DNA of 64,000 nucleotides from Myxococcota bacterium (GTDB lineage: Bacteria; Myxococcota_A; UBA796; CAJQPC01), in contig JAZAMN010000059.1 in NCBI GenBank assembly GCA_036229005.1, forward strand, positions 115,856 to 179,855. The letters run 5' to 3'. This document shows positions 57,200 through 64,000 of this stretch, piece by piece. The position numbers and the translations under genes are program-made. Under the pieces are notes generated by a model. It ran no database searches. It had not been told where the DNA came from and saw only the letters and a list, made by a program, of their open reading frames with translations. How positions within the stretch are numbered: position 1 is the first letter of the stretch; every line of letters starts with the position of its first letter.

Positions 57200-58525
57200 T
57201 CAGGCGCCGGCGGCTTCCTTGAGGGGGGGGAGCCAGCTCGTCAGCTTGTCGCGGAGCACCGGCAGCAACACCGGCTTGGCCAGGAAGTCGTCCATGCCGG
57301 CCTCTTGGCAGCGCTCTCGGTCTCCCGGGATCGCCATGGCGGTGAGCGCCAGGATGGGGAGCTCACAGCCCGCTCTCCGGATCCGGCGGGTCGCCTCGAA
57401 GCCGTCGACCTCGGGCATGGAGCAGTCCATGAGCACAAGCTCAGGGCTCCCGGCCAGCACCATGTCCACCCCCTGCTGCCCACCCTCGGCCACGAGCACC
57501 TCGCACCCCAGAGCCTGCAGCATCCGCTGCGCCACCAGCCGGTTCACCGGGTTGTCATCCACGACCAGGACGCGACGCCCCTGCAGCTCGCCGCGGTATT
57601 GGGACGCGATGCCCCGCTGGGGAGCCGAGACCCCCACCAGCGGCAGGGTGAAGTGGAAGCGGGTGCCGACACCGACCTGGCTTTCGACCTCCAGCTCTCC
57701 GCCCAGCCGAGCCACCAGCTTCTGGGTGATGCTCAGCCCCAGGCCGCTCCCTCCGTGGGTGCGCCAGACGTGCGCGTCGGCCTGGCGGAAGGGCTTGAAC
57801 AGCCCCGGCAGGACCTCGGGGGGGATGCCCTCTCCGGTGTCCCGCACTGCGAGCGTGACGCCATCAGGCGCCAGGGTGGCCTCGACGGTGACGGATCCCT
57901 GCTGGGTGAAGCGCAGGGCGTTGTCCAGGAGGTTGGTGAGGATCTGCTTGAGCCGGGCGTCATCCACTTCGACCCAGTCTGGCAGCCCTGCGTCGAGCTC
58001 CACCTCCAGCGAGAGGCCCCGCGCCGATGCGTTGGCCCGATGCAGCGCCCCGACGTCCGAGAGGAGCGGTCCGAGCTGGACCTTGGAGGGCTTGAGGGCG
58101 ACCTCCGCCGCCTCCAGTCGGGCGAACTGGAGGAGCTGATCCACGAGCCCGATCAGCGACACCGCGCTCCCCTGGAGCACCTGGACCAGCTCCCGACCCT
58201 CGGGGCTCATGGGCTCGTCTTCGAGGAGCTGGACCGTCCCCAACACGCCGTTCATGGGGGTGCGCAGCTCGTGGGAGATCGCGGCCAGCAGGCGGCTCTT
58301 GGCCTCGTTGGCCTCCTCGGCCTCAGACTTGGCGGCGGCGAGCTGTCGGGCCAGCTCGGCCTGCTCGATGACCTGGGCCCGCAGGTCTTCCTGGATCTGC
58401 GTGGCCACCCGCCGGTGGGTCCTGGCGACGACCTCCAGGTTGGCCATGGACCTCTCCAGGCGGGCGTTGGTCCGCTTCAGCTTGCGAAGCTCCTTCCGGA
58501 GCGCCTTTTCCTCGTCTGCAGTCAT
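57200..58525 (-). CDS. Hybrid sensor histidine kinase/response regulator (no integral sensor domain)
   Basis: SHELRTPMNG, NLLDNA, DTGEG, GGSGLGL; receiver VDDN, LMDCSMP, KP; ATGA overlap with the FIST gene. Confidence 0.93.
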   Translation of the reverse strand: MTADEEKALRKELRKLKRTNARLERSMANLEVVARTHRRVATQIQEDLRAQVIEQAELARQLAAAKSEAEEANEAKSRLLAAISHELRTPMNGVLGTVQLLEDEPMSPEGRELVQVLQGSAVSLIGLVDQLLQFARLEAAEVALKPSKVQLGPLLSDVGALHRANASARGLSLEVELDAGLPDWVEVDDARLKQILTNLLDNALRFTQQGSVTVEATLAPDGVTLAVRDTGEGIPPEVLPGLFKPFRQADAHVWRTHGGSGLGLSITQKLVARLGGELEVESQVGVGTRFHFTLPLVGVSAPQRGIASQYRGELQGRRVLVVDDNPVNRLVAQRMLQALGCEVLVAEGGQQGVDMVLAGSPELVLMDCSMPEVDGFEATRRIRRAGCELPILALTAMAIPGDRERCQEAGMDDFLAKPVLLPVLRDKLTSWLPPLKEAAGA

Positions 58526-59661
58526 CTCGCCCTGAGCCCAACAGTCACGCAGGTCTGATTGTGCACGCTCACCCCCAGATCTCCCAGCGGTCCCAGCTCG
58601 GCAAAGCCATAGAACCCCGCCATCGGCGCCGACGACACCGCGCTCAGCGTAGCCTGCTCCTGAGGCGCTTGGGTGCCCAGCAGCCACCTTCGCCCCGCGC
58701 AGGAGAACACCAAGAGCCCGTCAGGAGGACCGCTCAAGCCGGCGAGCGCGCTCTGGAGCGAGGCCTCGGCCCCTGCCAGGACCTGCTCGTTGCTGGCCTG
58801 CGTCAGGCGGATGCTGCTCCCCTGTGGGACCTCCGCCGGGAGGGTCAGCGCGCCGGTCTCGGGGTCGGCCTCCAACACCGCCCGCATGTAGAAGGGTCCG
58901 TCGACCCCTTGGGGGAACACCGCCAGCGGGAACTCCAGGGTCACGGCTCGGCGCAAGGTGCCCAGCCAGGCGTGGAGCACCTGCAGGGCTGGCCGGCCGT
59001 TCAGCTCAAGGAGCTGGTTGCCCTCGGTGCGGGTGGCGACCCAGTCCGCGCCGATGGGGACCCAGCCGCTGGCGACCCCCATGGAGACCTCGAACGTCCC
59101 CTGGATCATCAAGACCGGCAGGCTGTCTTCGTAGACCTCCCCGTTGACGAACTCGCGGCCTCGCTCAGCCTCCTGGGCGTCTCCGCTCGCTCCGCCCGCG
59201 ATGGGCACTCCAGGCAGCCGCTCCCGCAAGCCCCGCATCGCCGCATCCAGGTTGGTCCGCAGCGAGCTGGGCGCAGTGAGCACCAACGTAGGAGCCTCCA
59301 ACCCCGCCTGCGCCAGCGCCTCGACCACGGCAGCCTCCGGGTCCTCAGACAGGCGCATCCCCACCCCGACTCGGACCTTCTCGATCGCGTCTCCCCCCAT
59401 CAGGAACAGGACGACTCCTTCGTGGGTGAATGCCCGGTCGCTGAGCTCCCCGTCCGTTGAGCAGCCCACATGTGGCACCCCCGGAAGCAGCTCCGCGAGC
59501 TCCGCCCCGATCTCGTCCTGGTCGTACTCGATCCCCACAAAGACCAGGGCAGCCTTCACCGCCACATCCAGCCCCGCCCGTGCCTGAGCCAGCGCCTCCC
59601 GGACCGCATCACACGCATCGGGATCGTCGCTGTGTCCGGTGGAGAACTGCAGTCGCCGCAT
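58522..59661 (-). CDS. FIST-domain (NosP-like) signal protein
   Basis: GCSTDGE, GGASGD, SGW.P.G, ELNGRPA, FSCAGR, GFY..AE, HNQT. Confidence 0.92.
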   Translation of the reverse strand: MRRLQFSTGHSDDPDACDAVREALAQARAGLDVAVKAALVFVGIEYDQDEIGAELAELLPGVPHVGCSTDGELSDRAFTHEGVVLFLMGGDAIEKVRVGVGMRLSEDPEAAVVEALAQAGLEAPTLVLTAPSSLRTNLDAAMRGLRERLPGVPIAGGASGDAQEAERGREFVNGEVYEDSLPVLMIQGTFEVSMGVASGWVPIGADWVATRTEGNQLLELNGRPALQVLHAWLGTLRRAVTLEFPLAVFPQGVDGPFYMRAVLEADPETGALTLPAEVPQGSSIRLTQASNEQVLAGAEASLQSALAGLSGPPDGLLVFSCAGRRWLLGTQAPQEQATLSAVSSAPMAGFYGFAELGPLGDLGVSVHNQTCVTVGLRAR

Positions 59662-59703
59662 GTCGTTCCTCGCACCCCGGAATCGGCAATCGTCCTGCAG
59701 ACT

Positions 59704-61212
59704 TTAGCGCTTCCTGGCCGCTATCCTGTCCAAGATCGGCTCCAACGCCAGGTGACGATCCACGACATCCGCCGCGGCCTCGAAGCCCGCCTCGCGCGCC
59801 TTGACCGCCCCCTGAGGGTCCCAGTCCCCCGAGAGCCCCTTCCGCCTGCGGAGCGCCGTCACCAGTCCGCGCAACACCTCCGGCTGATCGAGCAGGCCGT
59901 GCAGATAGGTCCCCGCCACGCTCCCCTTCACGCAGCCCTCCGGCTCGGGCGTCGCCAGCAGCGGCTCGCCATGCACCCTCGAGCGCCCCTGCCGGATCTC
60001 GTAGCCCTCGACCGCGGCGCCCTCCTCCAGCAGCCAACCTCCCAGGCTGCGCCCAGCCACGGGCAGCGTCCGCTTCTCCCGCCCAAAGACGGTCTCCACC
60101 GGCAAGAGCCCCAGCCCGGGCACATCACCCGCCAGCCCAGACACCCCCTCCGGGTCCCGCAGCCGCTCTCCCAGCATCTGGTAGCCCCCACAGAGCCCGA
60201 GCACCGGGATGCCCCTCGCCGCAGCCGCCTCCACACTCCGATCCAGGCCCTGACGTCTCAGCCACGCAAGATCCGACAGGGTGTCTTTGGCCCCGGGGAT
60301 GACCAGGAGGTCGGGATTCCCCACCTCCTCGGGCACCTCGGCCGCACGCAGACCGATACCCTCCACGCCCGCAAGCGAGGTCAGATCGGTGAGGTTCGAG
60401 ACCGTCGGCAGACGCAGCACGCAGATGTCCACCTCTCCGCCGCCAAAGCGGGTCGCGTCCGGCCCATCCTCATCGTCGATGTAGATGTCCCGCCGGTACG
60501 GGAGCACCCCCAGCACCGGCACCCCGGAGCGCTCCTCCAGCAAGCCCGGCCCCGTCGAGAACAGCGCTGGGTCTCCCCGGAAGCGGTTCACGATCAGCCC
60601 CGCCATGAGCGCCCGGTCCTCTGGCGGCAGCAGCCCCACGGTGCCCACCAGGCTCGCGAACACGCCCCCGCGGTCGATGTCCCCCACCAGGAAGATGCCC
60701 CCGAACTCCCCTCGCTCCCGCGCCCGTGCGATCGCGTGTCGGGCCATCGGCAGGTTCACCACGTCCCGGGTCATCAGGTTCAGCTCCACCGGCGAGCCGG
60801 CCCCCTCCAACACCACCACGTCCGCGTCCTCGGCCAGGCGGTCGTAGGCCGCGGTGACCTCTGAGAACCAGGGCGCCTTCTCCTTCCAATAGGCCTTGGC
60901 CTGCATGTGCCCGAGCGCCCGCCCCAGCAGGACCACCTGCGAGCCCATCGGCCCGGTCGGCTTGAGCAGGATGGGGTTCATGTCCACGTGTGGCTCCACC
61001 CCTGCTGCGGCTGCCTGCGCAGCCTGCGCCCTCCCGATCTCCCCCCAGCTTCCATCGCTCCGCCTTGCCGGCGAGGCATTGTTCGACATGTTCTGCGCCT
61101 TGAAGGGCCGCACCTTGAGCCCCCTCCGCGCGAGGGCCCGACACAGGGCCGTGCAGACCCAGCTCTTTCCGACGTTGGATGCCGTCCCCAGGACGACGAT
61201 GGCCGCGGCCAT
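59704..61212 (-). CDS. cobQ: Cobyric acid synthase
   Basis: GTASNVGKS, PFKAQNMSNN, MNPILLKP, EGAGSP.E.NL, DIDRGG, GLCGGYQMLG, GTYLHG. Confidence 0.95.
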   Translation of the reverse strand: MAAAIVVLGTASNVGKSWVCTALCRALARRGLKVRPFKAQNMSNNASPARRSDGSWGEIGRAQAAQAAAAGVEPHVDMNPILLKPTGPMGSQVVLLGRALGHMQAKAYWKEKAPWFSEVTAAYDRLAEDADVVVLEGAGSPVELNLMTRDVVNLPMARHAIARARERGEFGGIFLVGDIDRGGVFASLVGTVGLLPPEDRALMAGLIVNRFRGDPALFSTGPGLLEERSGVPVLGVLPYRRDIYIDDEDGPDATRFGGGEVDICVLRLPTVSNLTDLTSLAGVEGIGLRAAEVPEEVGNPDLLVIPGAKDTLSDLAWLRRQGLDRSVEAAAARGIPVLGLCGGYQMLGERLRDPEGVSGLAGDVPGLGLLPVETVFGREKRTLPVAGRSLGGWLLEEGAAVEGYEIRQGRSRVHGEPLLATPEPEGCVKGSVAGTYLHGLLDQPEVLRGLVTALRRRKGLSGDWDPQGAVKAREAGFEAAADVVDRHLALEPILDRIAARKR

Positions 61213-61244
61213 GGCAACCTCATGAACTCAGGTGAAGGTAACTA

Positions 61245-61273
61245 TTGACGTGTAAAGAGGCGGTTGCTACGGT
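61245..61273 (+). promoter_or_regulatory. Sigma70-type promoter
   Basis: TTGACG-N17-TACGGT with a TG extended -10, about 30 nt upstream of ATG 61303. Confidence 0.6.
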
Positions 61274-61302
61274 GGCGCGACGCTGTTGCTGATGTGGAGC
61301 TG

Positions 61303-62280
61303 ATGATGTCCAAGGACCACGCCCAGGAGAGGTACAACCGCCCTGAGGACTGCCCGGAGGCCGACGGCCTGGAGCTGACCCCAGAGGTCCACCTCGCCGA
61401 GGACTTGGACGACATGGACGCAATCGTTGCGCCCAAGGCCCGCCGCCGTCCCGCCACCGAGCTCCCCCAGCCCCGCCCGCTCCCCACCGAAGAGGCCGAC
61501 ACCGAGGACCAGGACCACAGCTTCATCCTGCTGGACGAGCAAGGTCTGCCCGTCCCCGGCGTCTCCGCCACGCCTCCTTTGGACCTGGACCGCAACAGCC
61601 GCCCCACCGACGGCGAAGAGGCCTTGCGCGCCTGGCGCCTCAAGCAGCCCGCCCGCAAGGCCGAGGTCACCCAACACCAGCGCACCGAGTCCGTCCGGCG
61701 CACCCTGCGGGGCGTCACCCTCGCGATGGCCGTCCTGCTGGTCGGAGGCGTGCTCCTGGGCCGCAGCCTTCGCGCCACCAACCACGACACGAGCCCCCAG
61801 GATCTGGTGAGTCCGGTTCCCAGCGCACCCCCGGCGGTCGCAGACCCCGGCTCACCCTCCGGCCCTTCGATGGACCCGGGCCTCCGTGAGGCTCTCCCCC
61901 CAAGCGAGGTCACCTCGGCCCCCGAAGAGGTGGTCGACGATCCCTCCACGCTCGCCCAGCTCCCCGACAGCGCGAGCCTCGGCCTGGTGGACGGGAGCCT
62001 TCGGCACTGGACCGGCAAGGACGGCTACCTCTACTGGCAGTGGGACTACCTGGGCACAGAGCCCCTGGACCTGCAGTGGCGTGACGCTGCCGGCACCCTG
62101 CGCATGCAGGACCGCGTCTGTGACGGTCGCATCGACGCGACCACCGGTCGCTGCTACGTCGGCCGCTCGCCCGCCCGCTTCGCCGCCGAGCTCGGCCGCG
62201 GCGCGACCCCCGGCGTCTGGACCCTCGAGGCCTGCCTGAACGGTAGCTGCGAGGCCGTCAGCCGCTTCGAGATCCAGTGA
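61303..62280 (+). CDS. Hypothetical bitopic membrane protein
   Basis: Acidic/Pro-rich N-region, single TM, C-terminal domain with four Cys. Confidence 0.68.
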   Translation: MMSKDHAQERYNRPEDCPEADGLELTPEVHLAEDLDDMDAIVAPKARRRPATELPQPRPLPTEEADTEDQDHSFILLDEQGLPVPGVSATPPLDLDRNSRPTDGEEALRAWRLKQPARKAEVTQHQRTESVRRTLRGVTLAMAVLLVGGVLLGRSLRATNHDTSPQDLVSPVPSAPPAVADPGSPSGPSMDPGLREALPPSEVTSAPEEVVDDPSTLAQLPDSASLGLVDGSLRHWTGKDGYLYWQWDYLGTEPLDLQWRDAAGTLRMQDRVCDGRIDATTGRCYVGRSPARFAAELGRGATPGVWTLEACLNGSCEAVSRFEIQ

Positions 62281-63399
62281 GTGGACAAGCTCCGGGCCCT
62301 CTCCGGCCCTGAGCGCCTCTGGCGCCACGCCGCAGCCCCTGGCGCTCCCTTTGCCCTCAGCGTGATCCTCAAGGGCCCGCTGGACACGACCGGCCTTGAA
62401 CACGCACTGCAACAGGCCGCGCGGGCAAACCCGGGCGCCCGCGCCATCCTCCACCGCGGCCTCTTCGGCCCGAGCTGGCGCGTCGGCCCTCTCCCCACGC
62501 TGCAAGCACTGCGGGCACAGCCACTCCCCGGCGAGGTCGGGCCTTGGCTCCCCGAGGCCCCCTTCCAGCTCTCCTTCGGCCCCGACACCCTGGTCTTCTC
62601 CGCACACCACGCCCTCATGGACGGGCGCGGACTCTGGCACCTGGTCCAGGAGACCTTCCGGGCCTGGCGCGGCGAGCCCTTGCTGGGTGGCGACGACAGC
62701 ATCGACGACCGCCGCTTGCTGGGTCCCGGCCTGCCGCTCCCCCCCGAAGCGGAGTTCGTCGCCGCGACGGGTCACCACAACGGAGACCTCACCCCGGTCT
62801 GGGACCACCGCCGAATCGAAGGCCGCTGGTCCCAGCTCCTGTCCCGGGTGGCCCTGAGCATCACCCGCACAGCCCGCAAGCGAGCCCCCGCCGCCGCCGT
62901 TCGACTCGACATCCCCGTCGACCTGCGCCAGGGCCTGCTGAGCACCGCGAACCTCACCGGGATCGCCAGCATCACCCCGCCACTTGAGGTGGACCTCGAC
63001 ACGATCACCTCGCAGGTGACGCAGGTGCTCCAGGAGGATCAGGCCCTCTCCTGGCTCAAGGTGAGCCAACGGCTGCGCGCACTCCCCGGCCCCCTCCTCC
63101 CCCCCTTGATCCGGCACAAGACCCAGCAGTGCCTCCGCCGGCAGCGCTTTGGCAACACCGCGGTGATCTCCAACCTGGGCCGGGTCTCGCTCACCGAGCT
63201 CCAGGGACCAGGGTTCGCGTGTAGCCGAGCATTCTGGCTCCCCCCCTGCGGCCCTACGACCACCGCGTTCCTGGGACTGCTGGGCACCCCCGAGGCCCTG
63301 GAGCTGAGCTGCGTGATGCCCCGCGGTCTGGCCGACCAAGGCCGGCTGGCGAGCCTCCTGGACGGCATCGTCACGGACCTGCGCGCCCCTCCCCCTTGA
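62281..63399 (+). CDS. Stand-alone condensation-domain/CoA-dependent acyltransferase-like protein
   Basis: HHALMDG (HHxxxDG), PVDLR, ISNLG. Confidence 0.78.
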   Translation: MDKLRALSGPERLWRHAAAPGAPFALSVILKGPLDTTGLEHALQQAARANPGARAILHRGLFGPSWRVGPLPTLQALRAQPLPGEVGPWLPEAPFQLSFGPDTLVFSAHHALMDGRGLWHLVQETFRAWRGEPLLGGDDSIDDRRLLGPGLPLPPEAEFVAATGHHNGDLTPVWDHRRIEGRWSQLLSRVALSITRTARKRAPAAAVRLDIPVDLRQGLLSTANLTGIASITPPLEVDLDTITSQVTQVLQEDQALSWLKVSQRLRALPGPLLPPLIRHKTQQCLRRQRFGNTAVISNLGRVSLTELQGPGFACSRAFWLPPCGPTTTAFLGLLGTPEALELSCVMPRGLADQGRLASLLDGIVTDLRAPPP

Positions 63400-63471
63400 G
63401 GCGCGTCACAACTCGCTACAACCTGTCGGGGCTGCTTCGGAGTATCAGGGGGACTCATCACTGGAGTTCCC

Positions 63472-63765
63472 ATGTCCCTCACCTTGATCCTGACCCTGAC
63501 CGGCTGCCTGCTGAGCGCGACCGCGCAAGATGACAACAGCGGCGGCGACTGTAGCTGCGATGGCCCGGAGCTGGTCGCCGAGACCCTGCCCTGTGTCTCT
63601 GGAGAGAACGAGACGCTGGAGCTCGACGCCGCATGGACTGGGCTCACCATCATCGCTTGCGACTCCTACTCCTGCGAGTACAGCGACAACTGGCTGATCA
63701 CCGAGGACACCCTGATGTACACGGGGACCTGCGACGAGCTGCGGGTGAGCTACTGGATCCCCTGA
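63472..63765 (+). CDS. Small Cys-rich secreted/lipoprotein
   Basis: GGAG SD; MSLTLILTLTGC; six further Cys. Confidence 0.7.
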   Translation: MSLTLILTLTGCLLSATAQDDNSGGDCSCDGPELVAETLPCVSGENETLELDAAWTGLTIIACDSYSCEYSDNWLITEDTLMYTGTCDELRVSYWIP

Positions 63766-63781
63766 GCCCCCGACCCCACCG

Positions 63782-63808
63782 CTGAGGACCGAGGCATTCG
63801 GTCCTCAG
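63782..63808. terminator. Perfect 11-bp hairpin after the 63472 gene
   Basis: CTGAGGACCGA-GGCAT-TCGGTCCTCAG. Confidence 0.55.
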
Positions 63809-63873
63809 TACAGATCCCAGCGCCAACGAGGCCAGGCTCAGCCAGGGTCCCCGAGCGCACAGGCAAGGAACGC

Positions 63874-63919
63874 AAAAAACCGCCCCGGGAGTGCAGCAGG
63901 CACTCAACCGGGACGGTTT
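63874..63919 (-). terminator. Rho-independent terminator downstream of 5S rRNA
   Basis: Long hairpin AAACCG..CCGG/GAGTGC...GCACTC/CCGG..CGGTTT followed by a T run on the minus strand. Confidence 0.72.
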
Positions 63920-63928
63920 GATGTGAAG

Positions 63929-64000
63929 GGCGGCGACAACCTACTCTCCCACAGCGTGACCGCTGCAGTACCATCGGCTTCTTGAGGCTTAACTTCCGTG
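63929..64000 (-). rRNA. rrf: 5S rRNA, 3' part (truncated by window end)
   Basis: CCTACTCTCCCAC...GCAGTACCATCGGC...GGCTTAACTTCCGTG is the reverse complement of the conserved 5S 3' half. Confidence 0.95.

Noticed and set aside
550..61212. CobW-like gene plus cobQ as a cobalamin cluster
   Set aside because: They are about 58 kb apart with no other cob genes, and COG0523 proteins are not specific to B12 synthesis.

Overview
This is a high-GC (about 70% by eye), gene-dense bacterial chromosome segment with roughly 60 CDSs, ending in the 3' part of a minus-strand 5S rRNA gene. Gene content (many lipoproteins, vWA/TSP3/Kelch surface proteins, class II DAHP synthase) suggests a Myxococcota-like organism; this is an inference. 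Housekeeping genes (pgi, pbpG-like, dps, TPMT, rlmI-like, class II DAHP synthase, fbaB, purB, cobQ) are interspersed with many uncharacterised envelope proteins. I saw no CRISPR array, tRNA, IS element or prophage. The best candidate for an undescribed system is a translationally coupled four-gene operon at 42274-47830. It encodes a FecR/DUF928-like secreted protein, a CHASE2 membrane sensor with no cytoplasmic output domain, a CsgG-like/TPR protein, and a TPR-CHAT caspase-like protease that may be exported. Other oddities: (1) ultra-short, uncharged lipoprotein signal peptides across the window; (2) a COG0523 GTPase fused to a molybdopterin-oxidoreductase-like domain; (3) a catalytically degenerate PncB sharing a CATG start palindrome with its divergent neighbour; (4) several probable leaderless genes; (5) an unannotated 43-aa ribosomal-protein-like ORF. 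All family assignments come from motif recognition by eye; no searches were run.
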